From: Eledone cirrhosa
Lineage: Eukaryota
Length of the DNA: 64,000 bases
Direction of reading: 5' to 3'
NCBI GenBank assembly: GCA_964016885.1
Contig: OZ024743.1
Location: forward strand, 119,164,001-119,228,000
The notes below the pieces were generated by a model. It made no database searches and had not been told where the DNA came from. It saw only the letters and a program-made list of their open reading frames with translations. A program made the translations under genes and the position numbers. Below, one piece after another: positions 1-14,214 of the stretch. How positions within the stretch are numbered: position 1 is the first letter of the stretch; every line of letters begins with the position of its first letter.

Positions 1-683
1 AAGGAAATATTGATTTCTTTGACAATTCAATCGATCTATAAAAGTATAGGCAGCAGTATCCTGAAGTGAGATTTTAAACACAAAAACACACACATGCACA
101 CTCACAGGCACACATACATACATATACATACATAATACATACATATACATACATATATACATACACACGCGCAAAAACGTACACGCACATACATCCACGC
201 ATATCCATACACTCACACACACATATATACAATATATACACACACATATATACATACATACATACATACCTAGCCGTAGACATGAAGAGTAACAAAAAAG
301 AGCAGAAATGATATTGTTGATGAGAGGTTAGCAAGAAGGGTTGGGCGACACCCTTAAAAAGGGGCTATAGCTAACTGAGTTAAATAGATGTAGTCGCCAA
401 TTGACGGAGACGAATAGACGCCATGTGGCGCTGATGACAGTACCTAAAAGAATATCCGGGTGTTGTTATCCCTTCTCTTAACTGTCACCTATCACAACCC
501 CTATCACAAGTTTTAGAACGTGTATGTACGTGAGGAGAGGTATGGTTCGTGGTTCTTTACTGCGGCTTATCCTACTTACTACGGTTTCTACTTCCATTTT
601 ATATTTATGTGTTACGTATTTGTGATTATGTTTATGTGTTTATTTTTAAACACACACGCACACACATACATACGCACATGCAA

Positions 684-687
<4 letters not shown>

Positions 688-774
<87 letters not shown>

Positions 775-812
775 CAGACAGACAGAGAGAAATGTTTGCA
801 TATGTGTGTATG

Positions 813-869
<57 letters not shown>

Positions 870-910
870 TGACAGACAGACAGAGAGAAATGTTTGCATA
901 TGTGTGTATG

Positions 911-965
<55 letters not shown>

Positions 966-1030
966 TGACAGACAGACAGAGAGAAATGTTTGCATATGTG
1001 TGTATGTATGTATATATATATATATATACA
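688..1030. repeat. Compound microsatellite with a higher-order unit [(TA)n(GA)n-GTGACAGACAGACAGAGAGAAATGTTTGCATATGTGTGTATGTATG] repeated three times
   Basis: The same non-microsatellite spacer occurs at ~770, ~868 and ~964, each preceded by (TA)n(GA)n. Confidence 0.9.
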
Positions 1031-1031
1031 T

Positions 1032-1136
<105 letters not shown>

Positions 1137-1179
1137 AGTATATATATACAATATAAATATAGTCAGTTATAACAGTGGC

Positions 1180-1258
<79 letters not shown>

Positions 1259-4135
1259 TAGAGAGTGATAGACAGACAGACAGACAGACAGAGCGAGAGA
1301 GAAAAATGTGCGTGGTTGTGTACGAGAGAGAGAGCAAGGTAAATAGATATGTATGTATGTATGTGAGAGTGTTGCGTTTGAATGAAGTGTTAATAGGTGT
1401 GGGTGTACATAAAGCTGTGTTAACACGCACACAAAGAAACATTGCACACACATGCACACAAACATACACACACACTAACACTCTCTCACACATAAACACA
1501 CATGTCACATGCGTATATAAATAAAATATATATATAATATATATGCAGGTACATATAAATGTGTGAGTGTTCGTATGCATGTATTTATGTGTGTATATGT
1601 CTAGAAATTAAACGCCCTTCTCTGACCAATGTATTCTTCCATTTGTAATTTGTTTCCAGTTCAGAAAGAAAGCGTAATAGATATTAAGGGAGATATACTA
1701 AGGGAGAGAAAGAGAAAGAGTGAGAGGCCGGGGAGGAAGACGGACTGACAGTCGGAAAAAGAGAAAGATGAAAAATGAAAAACCTTCACGAGTCAAAACT
1801 GCCCGCATTTACAGGGCCCAAGTTAACCTTTCTGCTCATTTAACCACCTCGTTGATCGCTGTACGGGCGATTGGAGTTGGAATAAAGAAAATCACTGACG
1901 AAAGTATAAAAATCAAATAAATAAATAAAAATAATAATAAAGTTTGAATGAAAGGAAGGAAGTAGGAAATAATGGAAAAGAGGGTAATAGAAACATTTCT
2001 CCATCCTTCCATTCTTCTATTAGCATTAATTAATGCTAATTAATAAATAAATACTAATTTTTCTTCTTTTTTTTTAAAGTATGAGTGCAACTTGGAATCA
2101 CAACCACCACTACTATACGAATAAGGACACGTTAGATAATGTAGAGAAGGGGTAGTTACGGCCAGATTGTCTTAGATCATATGTATGCTCGATCAAGAGA
2201 GACCTGGAGCTAAAGAACATCACAACAATCACATTAATAAGGGAACAACTATGTGGTCTTTTAATTTGTTAGAAATAGCAGCCAAATCTCCTCTAATCCA
2301 CAGCCAGTACAATGGACAAAGTAATCCAGTCTGAAATGAAAATGAAACAAAAAATGCGATGAAATGTTTTGCTCATAGACCAACAACAATGATATGTGAT
2401 AATTCCTTTCCACCTCGTGTAAGCTACATAAATCGCTGAAGGAGACATGAAAGTCTTCACATCTTAATTTGGTGTCAGTGTAATCTTGATATTTTGTAAA
2501 TAGATTTCACACAAATGCAACCATTTCATCGAAACCAAGAGCTAGTCTTCTACAATCATAGTATCGTAGAAACCCAAATGTTGTCGTCTTTGTTAAATGG
2601 GGTAAACGAAAACTGGGTGGAAACGAAAATTGGATACAGAGCTCGAAGAGCCAGAACAAATGACATAAGACTTTCTATCCGGTGTTCTAAATATATGACT
2701 ACTCGTGCTGATTATATCTGTTCGTACGTTGCAGACATAATTTATCAACTAGTTAAACACCATCAACTGAGCACAAGTTGCCTTGAGTGGAGTCCACTCT
2801 TTTGCATGGAAAGGATAAATTCATATTTTGAATTGTGTTGCTTCCTATTGCAGTAAGCAGTGTGTCGTAACGTTGTTGTCTTGTGATCCCTGCATGTGGT
2901 AAGGCCTCGGCAACAATATCTTTGATCTAACGTTTCTTTGATTCAGAACTGGATTAGGGATAATCAGCCGAAATAATCACCGCCACCACCACAATATTCA
3001 TAACTAATGATGTTGTATATGATTTACATCTTTACTAACTATATTCATCACCACCACTATCTCTGTCAACCTGATCACTACTAACCAGTACACACATATC
3101 AACCACCTCTTAACCGCCATGCCATTAACATTACCACTATCAATAACACCAACACCATGACGACAACACTTCCGTCTCCCCTCATCGTCTCTACCATTGC
3201 CATTATCATTGCCATCATTATCCAGAGTTGTGGTCACAGAGGCGTTTTTTCTTTTTCTTTTACGAAATAGCGATTTAAGAAACGATTATTTTTATTGATT
3301 AGCCCACATTTGTTAGTGTTCACCAAGTTTACAACCTCTCACCCACATCTTTTTCGCAAGATTTCTATTCCGACATTTTTATTTCTGAACCGTATCTTAT
3401 CTAATCTCATCCTACGCATTTACTTCCTAACATTATCAACTCAGACGACATAATTTTTGTTCTACCTCATGACAAGAGTTTCCGCTATATTTTATTTCTA
3501 TATGACGAGCCAATGTGAAAGCTTAGTGTTCGTTCGAACCGCTAAAAATAACAACCCGATCTCACTCAAATCGCACTCCCATTACACTCTTAGAAAGAGA
3601 AACGGCACACTAGATAAACTCTAGTTCTTGATACAATGTATTTAAAGAAGAAAAGAAACACATAGAACATTATTAAGCGAAATAAATATATTGCCTCGCA
3701 GTTACCTATCTTTATATTCAGAATTTAAATCTATTCGAAGCCGATTTTGCTTTTCATACTCTTGGGTTCGATAGAAATTATCAGTCAAGTATTGTGATCA
3801 ATATAATCGATTACCTGCTCCCCTCTTTACTCAAAATTTGCTAGCCTTCTGCCTATGCAAGAAATGTTTAGAAGCAATATCTTGAGGAGATGAATTGTTA
3901 GAGTATTGGCCAAAATGCTTTGCGGTCAAATTCGTATTTCACTTTTCCGAGATGGATAGAGAGTACTAGTGAAATACTGAGCTTGGTTGTTATAACTATA
4001 AATCATCATAGAATTACAATAAAGATTATCTGTTCTTACATAAGTAGGAAGACATTGCGAGGGAGAGGTGTTTACATTGTCAAACAAACATACTATCTTT
4101 ATCATTGATATTATTGCTGTAGCTGCTAATATTTG

Positions 4136-4147
4136 TGGTGGTGGTGG

Positions 4148-4201
<54 letters not shown>

Positions 4202-4236
4202 CAATGACGACGGCGACGACGACGATGATGATGATG
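4136..4236. repeat. (GGT)n(GAT)n(GAC)n triplet microsatellite
   Basis: Seen directly; explains the poly-Asp and poly-Ser ORFs. Confidence 0.95.
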
Positions 4237-5699
4237 TTCTAGATGTTATTATTGTTATCTGTTGCAGTGTTATCCTTATTGTTTAACGTTATACTCTCTC
4301 TGAGTTAGCAAACATCTGTAAGCAAAGGCCTCCTAGCTGTGACCATCATGTCTTATGTTTGACTTTGCGTATAATGGACTACATTATCCAACGCGTGCTT
4401 CCACTTTTAAACAAAAGAAAAGAAAAACAATGTAGGTTTGGAATAGGAGGAGAATTATCTGTTATTTCTGACATGTTGAGTAAACAAATATTTAATATTG
4501 AAGTGGTTACCGTAGTTAATACTGTGTATTATTTTCATTGATCAATGCCACTTTTCATAAATTAATTAACGTGGTTGTTGTTGACGATGTTTTGCTGTTT
4601 CTTTCACTTGTTGCTGTTTTGCTGTCCTTTAATTTTTGTTCATGTTGTACCTCACACAAATATATATTTAATTCTTCAAACGTAAATTATCATGGATGTT
4701 CTGTATAATATTACCAAACCTTCAAATGCCTTCACATAAAATAAAAAAATGGAGGCGAATTCATCCCCTACACACTCGCAAACATATTTCTCACGTGCAA
4801 ACATATTTCTCACGTGCAAATGATGACACACGATTTCAGAAAATGTTGAATGAGCAACAAAACAACGCCAGTGCAGACACCACTACAATCACCAGGGAAG
4901 AAACAATCTATGAGGCCACTATTGACAACAACAACAACAACAGCAATAACAACTCTACACAGCGAAATTATGATATAAATTTCCCGCAATTAAAAAATTC
5001 AACATCATCGTCACCATCACAAGAACTAAAAAATAAAATGAATACACACAATAAAGACTAACACAAATGCTGCCACCATTTATCATCACCACCACTGCCA
5101 CCAACAAAAATATGCAACAACAAAAATGTGACAAGAAAAAAAAAGCGAAAATAAGTGGTTCTTCCAACAAAGCTTTATCGCCCCTCTCCGCCTTCTCTAA
5201 ACACAATCACATACATAGACACCTACACAAACACAAATTTACTCTCACCAATATCCGAGACAGATTCCACAGAAAACAGTACCTCCTCATCTTGAAGGGA
5301 AGATGAGAGGAACTCCCCTTAAAAAATCTTGCCTTACACCATCACCCACACAAGAAAACACAGAAAACACTCTCACAACACATCCGTCAAAATACACATA
5401 GCTAACACCACTAGAACCATCCCAATTACAACTAACCCCAAGAAGAAAACACAACAACAACAACAAAAACCAATCACACAGATATCAAACGTTGTGATAG
5501 TGAGGAGGGTCAACGAAAAGTTGATGGCCCTTATAGTACGAAATAATGATATTGAGAGTTAGGGGAAGAATTTCGTCACCATCACATTTAAAGAACTACA
5601 AATTCTAATGATGGCACACATGTCTGTTGAGACTTACAAAAAACATGTGAGCTTCCCCTAAGATGTGAGAACCCCAAATGTAAAAGCCACGAGTAGGCT

Positions 5700-6175
5700 T
5701 TTAAAAGGGTTTCCAAATGAATGGATGGTGTACCTTACGAGTTTTACGTACCCATGCCACAAGTCCTCGTCAACTTTTTCAAGTTCCACTTGGAAAGATA
5801 CTTGAGAATGGAGAATCAAGCGCTGCTCCTCGGTACATTTGTTAAAAGGTAGGAGAATATAGCAATAATGGCCCGTCTGAATGGGTCTACTCTCAACATA
5901 TGTCTGAAAGCTGATGAATTCATAGAGAAGGGGGTCACCTTCCTAGGGTATTCTTGAGGATTAGGGTGATTTCGGGTATGTGGGGTTCTTAAACAAACTC
6001 TGGTTGGGGGATTCTGTTGTTATATATTTCTAGTTAATTGGTACCAGTTTTCCTTCTTTTTACACGTTTTTATGTAAGTCCCTGCAGTCTGTGTATTTTT
6101 TTTTTTTTTTGCATTGTCCTTTATGTTTCGACCCAAGTGGACCAAAAAAACAAAAAAAAAAACAAATAAAAACAA
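5700..6175 (+). mobile_element. Decayed 3' end of an L1/Tx1-like LINE (ORF2 C-terminus, 3' UTR, A-rich tail)
   Basis: Reads LVNFFKFHLERYLRMENQALLLGTFVKR*ENIAIMARLNGSTLNICL from ~5766, resembling Tx1-type ORF2 C-termini. Followed by a T-rich UTR and an A-rich tail at ~6144-6172. Confidence 0.55.
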
Positions 6176-6189
6176 TCAATATTATGGCA

Positions 6190-6447
6190 GTATTTGTTTC
6201 GGCTCTCTATCTCCGTTCTGAGATCAAATGGCTCCGAGTTCAACGTTACCTTTCATCTTTCCGATGAAATAAATTACTACTCATGTATTGGGTCGACATA
6301 AACGATTTTTCCTCCCCCCAAATTGCTGGCCTTTAGCCTGAATTAGAAATCATTATTAACGAGGTTAACTTTGCCTTTCATCCTTACGGGGTCGATAAAA
6401 TAAAGTACCAGTAATGCACTGGGTGATTGCTGGCCTTGTGCCAAAAG
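6190..6447 (+). mobile_element. Two partial copies of tRNA-headed SINE family A (one old, one 5'-truncated young)
   Basis: GAGGTTAACTTTGCCTTTCATCCTTACGGGGTCGATAAAATAAAGTACCAG matches the other family A copies. Confidence 0.8.
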
Positions 6448-6854
6448 TATTAACGATTGATTTAATTTGGGGCTCAAGCCTTGGCTTTTGGTTATATCAT
6501 GAGAAGAGACACAGATGATGTAAACAATGATATTGTGTGCCTTGTCAGAAAAATGACTGCGCATCAATAATTGGTGAAGTTTATTCATTTATCTACACCT
6601 GCTTCATGATTGTGGTTTTAATTTCCTTAGGAATAATCATCATTTATTCAACTTTCTGCCGATGAAATAGGGATACAATTATTGTATACATAAGTAAGAA
6701 GAGAGTTTTGTGTATATTCTCTACATACATTGTGGTTAAGATTGTTATATATATATATATAAAGGAGCGATCGACTTTTTTGTCAAATCGGACCGAGGGA
6801 ACAATGTTTCCGTTGGTCTTTCCAATTGCTAATACTATCTATCGGTCGCAACTC

Positions 6855-6980
6855 CAGGTAGAAGGAGCAACGTGAAATAAAGTGTCTTGCTCAAGGATAT
6901 AACGCATCGCCTGGTCCAGGAATCGAACTCACAACCTTACGATTGCGAATACAATTCTCTAACCACTCAGCCACACGCCT
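6855..6980 (-). mobile_element. tRNA-derived SINE family B, 5' part
   Basis: Minus strand has A box TGGCTGAGTGG and B box GTTCGATTCC, then CCTTGAGCAAGACACTTTATTTCACGTT, shared with the copy at 22556. Confidence 0.8.
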
Positions 6981-7072
<92 letters not shown>

Positions 7073-7843
7073 CATGTATGCACACGTGCAAATTAGTTTT
7101 AGACGATTTTCTTGACATGAAGCATTGTCATCAAATTGGACTGCCGGTATCGATATTTTCATATCGTATCTTGAAAAATCTGGGTCAGGAACAGTTGGAT
7201 TAATTGGATTAATTGTCAATATATTAACAAGAACCAGAAAACAACAATGTCCTGGGTATACCTATATAAAATCTATACACACGCAACATATATACATCGT
7301 ATATACATATATATATATACATACATATATATATATTCATACATAACATGCATGAATACATATATACATACATACAGACCTAATACTTAAAAACGTAAAA
7401 TACCATAATATAAGAAGAGGATTTACAAACACGAAAAATCGTCCTTGACGGTGCCAAATGATTCGCTCTAGTAAATATTAATATTCCCTATTAATGGAAA
7501 TGTGTATTCGTCTCCGTGTGTCAATATACATATATATTTATATATACATACATACACAAAACACACGCTAACTAATACCTTTACACACACACACACATAT
7601 ATATATATATATGTATGTGCGTGTGTGTGTATTTCTGTGTATGTATGTGTTTATGACGTATGTAAGCTGTGAATATTGTATTAAGAACGTTTTATTAATT
7701 TTTGCCGTAAGTTGGTCCGATGGAATTCAATAGGGAAGAGTTATTTTTCCTCAATTATGTTTTAATATTGCTCCTATTTCTATTGTAACTGATATTGCTG
7801 GGGACTGCGACTTTAATACATTCATACATACATACATGTATTC

Positions 7844-7950
<107 letters not shown>

Positions 7951-8690
7951 CATAAACATATAATTAAGCACACACACACACACACACACACTTTTACATG
8001 TATATGTGTTTTTTGTGTGTGTGTGAGCATCGGAAAAGTATCCAATCTTTGCCTGGGCAAAAGATACATACTTGGTTGTGTTCATTTGTTAACCCTCTTC
8101 GAAATAGGTAACTCGAGCCTCCATACATTTAGCTAGCAGATCCTTCAACCGTTGAAAGCACGTCTGAAGTGCTTCTTTTGGAATGACTCTCATCTTCATC
8201 ATCACAGTCCGCTTAGTGTCATCTCAGCTCTCAAAGGAATACAATGACAATATTCAATTGAACGGACAGCAAGGTATGACTTTAGTATGACATATGCCTA
8301 AAGAAACTGCTTTTATTCATACACTCACCGCTGTGCATTCGACGATTTCTTAATGAAGAAATAACGAAAGAGTTGACAAGTGATTGCATTCAGACTATAT
8401 ACAATATAAGGTTTAAATTAAAGGTATTAAATTAAAGTTATCTATTCGTATGATACATATAATGTCGATCTCGGCGGAAATCAAACTCATAATTTAAGTA
8501 TAAGCACCTAAATAACGAAGGAATAAAAAGAAAGAAAATCGAAAACTATACAGTATTAACTGCGTTAACCGGATTTACATTGTTTTTATTTTAGAAATTA
8601 ATGAGTAGATAGAACACCCTTTCGCAAACACTTTGAAATATATAATATATACATAAATATATACACAAATGTGTGTGCATATCATTCTAT

Positions 8691-8822
<132 letters not shown>

Positions 8823-8851
8823 ATTGCAAACTTGACTGTCACCACACATTA

Positions 8852-8890
8852 TGAACCTGAAGATTGCGAAAGCATGAAAGTACTTGTTCA
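8852..8890 (+). ncRNA. Minimal type-I hammerhead ribozyme motif
   Basis: TGAAC-CTGAAGA-TTGC(GAAA)GCAT-GAA-AGTACT-T-GTTCA. Perfect 5-bp stem I, intact core, GNRA-capped stem II, palindromic stem III. Lies ~30 nt after a (TA)n array. Confidence 0.8.
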
Positions 8891-9145
8891 ATTAACACTT
8901 AACATTTAATATTCTATCATACTATTTCATTATAATACCATTATAAATTTTAAAGGATTGTAAATAAAACGAGTAAATCAGACAAAGTTGGAATTCCTCT
9001 TATTAATATAATCTTCTATACACAATCATACACACCCGTGTATATTTATCTCTCTCTCTCTCTCTCTGTATATATATATATATATATACATACATATTTA
9101 TATTTATATATATATATATTGTGTGTGTGTGTTTGTGTGTGTCTC

Positions 9146-9285
<140 letters not shown>

Positions 9286-10505
9286 TATTACAGGTATAAT
9301 AGCGAAATATATAAATCTTCGAGAAAACATATAAATCAGTGTGTCCAGCACACAAAAAAAAACTTCCTTGAAACTCACCCCATCGTAAATGAAGTGAACC
9401 AAGAATTGGTCAGTCGGAATTCGGTAATCAACGACGCTATTCTTCAGAAACGGCTTCATGCATAACAAAAGTTATATGAATTATTTACATATATAGAAAT
9501 AAGTTGGAAACTCAGATCCTAAGGCTCCGAAACATTGTCGGGAACTTAGAAAATAGAATACTCTATTGTATACTTTTGGAAAGATTTTGATGGTAAAATA
9601 CGAAAAAGTGAAGCTTGAACACGCGGTGTACAACAACCATCAAACACAAAGCAATGTTATCTTTCACTAAACCTGCCAAATAATTCTGTTACAATAGGCT
9701 TGTCTTACAATATGCTCGCAGTCCAGCTGTTTGTATAAAGAAAGCAGTTGATGGTATCTGTGGAAATGTTCGATATGTTCGTCTTCAGCTGGCTGGTGGC
9801 AACATCCAGTAACCATTCAGAGATCAAGCCACATCAAATAATTGAACACATATAATTATTGAATAAACATGTGGAGAGATCAACACCAACTAGAGTTTTC
9901 TTGGATACTAATGAAGATAAAACATTACATCACCTCAAGCATCTTAACTAGAGACGATAACTAGCAGGATATCATGACTAGAAACGACAACAATGAAGAT
10001 AACACAATAAGTCTGCTCAAGCAAAACGGCTATGAAAACAGAGACTGAAACAAAGGATAGATAGAGAAAAAAAGCAAACAAGATGGGGATACTCCGGAAG
10101 AATCAAAATTCCAATGATCAAATCTAACAAGGGATTCTGCCTGTTAGAATTAGTTGTCTGTGAGTCACACACAACTTCTACACAACCGTATTTAAAAGGG
10201 TTACACTTCATAATGCAATCCTTGATACGCTATGTCTATAAAAGAAAGACAAAATGGGCATCCTCTCAGTTGTGTGTGCTGTTTAATGTGAGAAATAAGT
10301 TTGTAGCTTCTCATTGAAGTGAAATGGAAATGCGGCTGGAATGCTTTTGATCATATGTCTGTCCCAACAGTCTAGATCTTTGACTAAACAACATCAACAA
10401 TGACGATGAAAAGGAAACAGGTTTATTAACACCGAAGCCATTCGTCGTCTTATCTATAGCTTATATTGAATTAGAGCTGTTAAATAGCAACCTCATCTCT
10501 TAAGA

Positions 10506-10588
10506 TGCTGTCTGATGAGGTCGTGTTGGTGGTTGCGTGATTACTGCATTACGTAATTATGAACGCCACAGAAATATGTATTACGGCA
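10506..10588 (+). ncRNA. Degenerate hammerhead motif with long stem II (PLE pLTR-like)
   Basis: TGCTGT-CTGATGA-(long imperfect stem II)-GAA-ATATGTAT-T-ACGGCA. AATAAA follows; the island ends in (TA)n at ~10770. Confidence 0.55.
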
Positions 10589-10766
10589 GATTCTGAATAA
10601 AATGAATTAAGAAAATTTACAATTCACAATTATCATCATTGTAATACTTCGTTATGGACTACCAAATCACATTTGGAGGCAAACACAGGTCGTTGGATGT
10701 CTCAATCCCTTTACTGATTGGAGTGTTGCATACACAAGCCAGTTGTCAACCACTTTTATAAAAGCC

Positions 10767-10808
<42 letters not shown>

Positions 10809-10934
10809 GTAGGAGGTGAGTTTTATTGTAGTACAATAAAGCAATGCAGATATCGGATAAGAAGCACTCTACAGTTTGTAGGACTGGAGTATACATAATA
10901 TATAAGAACAAAAGATGGTTAAAAGAGTTCCATG

Positions 10935-11005
10935 TATTTTATTATGCGCATTTCAAAAACAAATATCATCATGCAAAAATATTTGTGTTTTCATCAGATA
11001 AAACA
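10935..11005 (-). ncRNA. Mirror copy of the 11131 hammerhead
   Basis: Reverse-complement arm of the fold-back; TCATCAG at 10991-10997. Confidence 0.85.
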
Positions 11006-11130
11006 GGAGGACATGATATGAAGGTTAAAAAACACTTGTGGGTAGTTCAGTTTTAAATCAACATATCATATATGTTGATTTAAAACTGAACTACCCACAA
11101 GTGTTTTTTAACCTTCATATCATGTCCTCC

Positions 11131-11201
11131 TGTTTTATCTGATGAAAACACAAATATTATTGCATGATGATATTTGTTTTTGAAATGCGCATAATAAAAT
11201 A
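11131..11201 (+). ncRNA. Type-I hammerhead ribozyme motif
   Basis: TGTTTTAT-CTGATGA-AAACACAAATATTAT...ATGATATTTGTTTTT-GAA-ATGCGCAT-A-ATAAAATA. Perfect palindromic stem III; predicted cleavage after 11193. Confidence 0.85.
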
Positions 11202-11229
11202 CATGGAACTCTTTTAACCATCTTTTGTT

Positions 11230-11301
<72 letters not shown>

Positions 11302-11818
11302 GCTTTCTGTTTTCACCTCAGACTTTCTGCTTGTCTCTCTTTGTCTCCTTCCCTATCTCTCTCTTTTTCTCCCCCTCTCTCGCTATATATATATATATTT
11401 ATATATATATATATATTAATATATATATATATTTATATATATATATCTATATATATACATGTAGATTGTCATGAAAAGAGAGAGTGTGAAGGAAAAGAAA
11501 AAGATAGATAATGAGAGGAACAGAAAAGATAGATAATGAGGAATGAGAGAGTGAAAAAGATATTGCATGGAAGATACAGTAGGAGAGAGAAATTGGGCGA
11601 CAATGAGTTGACTTGAAATCCACTTTCAGTTTATTCGGGAGGGCTCGGTTGACAGGTTTTGTCACCGCCATAAATCAGCCAGTGTGACCAAAGAAAACAA
11701 AATAGAGAGGATGTATGGTAGAGAGGTCAGTATGTAACTACAGTGATATCCCCACCACCCCGTCAAATTTGATGTGCTAAAAATAGCAGCCAAATCGCCC
11801 GCTCTCATACCCGTTCTA

Positions 11819-11911
11819 TTCTTCTTCTTCTTCTTCTTCTTCTTCTTCTTCTTCTTCTTCTTCTTCTTCTTCTTCTTCTTCTTCTTCTTCTTCTTCTTCT
11901 TCTTCTTCTTC
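11819..11911. repeat. (CTT)n microsatellite
   Basis: Seen directly; explains the poly-K/R/E/F ORFs. Confidence 0.97.
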
Positions 11912-12129
11912 TCCTCTGTCGTGAAGGCAGAATCCCCCAGCATGCTTTCGAGCGGGTCCTGTCAGAAGCAACTGTCTCCAATTGATCCGGCTGGATCTCC
12001 AAGTAGAACCAGTCAATCTCTTGGATGTTATCCAGCCATCATGCCCGAGGTAAACCGCTAAGTATCCTTTCGGCTGGTTTTTGCCCATAAATAGTGATGA
12101 AGCAAAGGAAAAGGGAGAATTTAAGCAAG

Positions 12130-12400
12130 ACAGACAGAATAACACATTGAAACGATGAAAGAAAAAAATATGTATGGTCGATTCGTGCGTGAAATGCCTG
12201 AGACAGTTGACAAAGATAGGAACTGGGAATGAACTAGGAAAAGTGACATAAAAGTTGAAACTGAGGCCCTTTTTTTTTGCAGCCTAGGAACAGGCACTAA
12301 GAACGAATTATATCAATTTTAGTATTGACAAGTCAGTGAATTCCCCACTTTGTAGGTTGTGTAGTGAATGTATTGTGGCAGTAATTGTGAATGTAAAATG
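12130..12400 (+). mobile_element. Dong/R4-like LINE fragment (region leading into the CCHC zinc knuckle)
   Basis: Reads MYGRFVREMPETVDKDRNWE*TRKSDIKVETEA, then after a frameshift EQALRTNYINFSIDKSVNSPLCRLC. Contains stops. Confidence 0.75.
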
Positions 12401-12846
12401 GTTACAGTCCTTAATAATAATAATAATTCTGCTGCTACTGCTACTATTACTACTCCTTATATGTTTTTATATGTTTATTCGATCTGCTTGAAATAAAGGC
12501 CAAATCACCCTCACCTCACAAACACACTCACCATCTAAAAAAGGAAATCAGATAATTACACTTCTGGAAATGAGAAGAAGAAGAAGAAGAAGAAGAAGAA
12601 GAAGAAGAAGAAGAAGAAGAAGAAGAAGAAGAAGAAGATGATGATGATGATGATAACGACGACAATAGCAACAATAACAACTACAACTAAAATATGAAAT
12701 ATTGAAAACAATGTAAGTTACATGAGCAACTTATAACATCCGACACAAATCTGGTCAATTGTCACGACCTCTCCATCTCTTTTTCTACATTTGTCATCTC
12801 CCCTCTCTCTCCTCACTAACTCACTTATTTTTCTCACTCTTTCATT

Positions 12847-12899
12847 CTGCTTTTCCTGATGAAGCTATTTCTGAGTTGCGGGAGTAGAAAGGAAAGCAG
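12847..12899 (+). ncRNA. Hammerhead remnant lacking stem III
   Basis: CTGCTTTTC-CTGATGA-AG-CTATTTCTG(agttg)CGGGAGTAG-aaa-GGAAAGCAG. The 9-bp stem I and stem II survive; stem III and the cleavage site are missing. Confidence 0.55.
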
Positions 12900-13664
12900 T
12901 TCATATAATGGAACAGGTTAGAAAGCCCGGTTGTTATGCATGTGGCAATAATAACTAATGGAGGGCTTTCTTCTAATGGAAAACTAGAGAAAGAAATGCA
13001 GTAGCGAACAAAACAGCTGAAGCATCAGCAACAGCAGCAAGCCCAGGAAACTGGTATTTGAAGAACACGGCTGGGAACTACTGCAACGCTAGTAGGAACA
13101 AAATTCGCTTTGTCTTCAATGTCAGAAGCTGATGAGCCGGAAATCAAGGCCTCCACCCACCATTAAGACGGGGAGAAAATGTAGACTGGAGTAGGGTGGC
13201 AAACTGATGTGGAAGCGAAACGAAAAGTCACAAAAGAAAAAAATATAAATGAACCAAAAATAAAGGTGTGTAGGTCGCGCAAAAAATTGTTCATATGACA
13301 GCATGTAATTCACATTTGTTTGAGGGTCAGATGGATGAAAATATACACTCTTTCGTAAATGTAGAGTCTTTCTATGTATGATAGAAATATTTCATTCAGA
13401 AATAAGGTACATTGTCAAGATTAATAAAACTACACAACACCACTAGTTCCTGAGTTCAAATCTCATCATGGTTGACACTTAAGTCTCGATAAATTACATA
13501 TGTTCCAGTATGGTATGTATCAGTCCAGTTAATAATTATTTCTAATTTTGGCACAAGATAAAAAATGTAGGAGACAGGAAAGTCTATTATATTTCAGTAC
13601 TGGACTGGTACTATATTTTGTCGACCCCAGAAGGATAAAATCAAGCAACAAAGATTTGAATGAT

Positions 13665-14090
13665 TACATACATACATACATGGTGGCTGCCAACTCGTTT
13701 TCGAGTACGGCCACTACATTATATCCATGTAGGCGAACCCCTACCGATGCGCTGAACGAGTGTGACTTTTTAGTCCAGCCAGCGACTTGAAAACTCTGGT
13801 ACAAACACTACACTTGTGACAATTATTGACACATAGTGCTGGGCCCATGGTACCATGTGACGACAAGTGCAGAGAGATCTCCAGATATAAAGCAATGCCT
13901 GTGCCGTGAAGCTTTTATAGTGAGCAAAGGCACTGCACAAAGCCAGTTCCACTCTCTTAACCAAGATGATATTTACCAAAAAGAAGAACAAGTCAACATC
14001 ATTGGATACCATCAGGGTTGCAGGTGTTATATCAGAGTTTTCCTTCTCCTAGAATTCTGCCTTGACAAAGGCTAAGGGTCATCACTCATA
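13665..14090 (-). mobile_element. RTE-related SINE-like element with (TATG)n tail, copy 1
   Basis: Colinear with 14733-15030: both have TCGAGTAyGGCCA at one end and CCTTCTCCTAGA..CTTGACAAAGGCTA at the other, and both abut (CATA)n. Confidence 0.6.
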
Positions 14091-14141
14091 CATACATACA
14101 TACATACATACATACATACATACATACATACATACATACAT

Positions 14142-14190
<49 letters not shown>

Positions 14191-14214
14191 GAATGGGGTA
14201 ATTATTTCCTGATG

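Larger units (their letters stand above)
10806..11235. mobile_element. Asymmetric fold-back element (~168-bp near-perfect arms) in (TA)n, with a hammerhead on each arm
   Basis: 10899-11066 is the reverse complement of 11070-11235 (near-perfect). Unpaired 3' tail at 10806-10898. (TA)n on both sides. Confidence 0.9.

Noticed and set aside
431-470. CTGATGA at 431 (also 5911, 13129, 18520, 24907, 26697, 43471)
   Set aside because: No properly placed stem II plus GAAA and no complementary stem I; treated as chance matches.
11662-12145. Poly-K/R/E/F ORFs
   Set aside because: All arise from the (CTT)n array.
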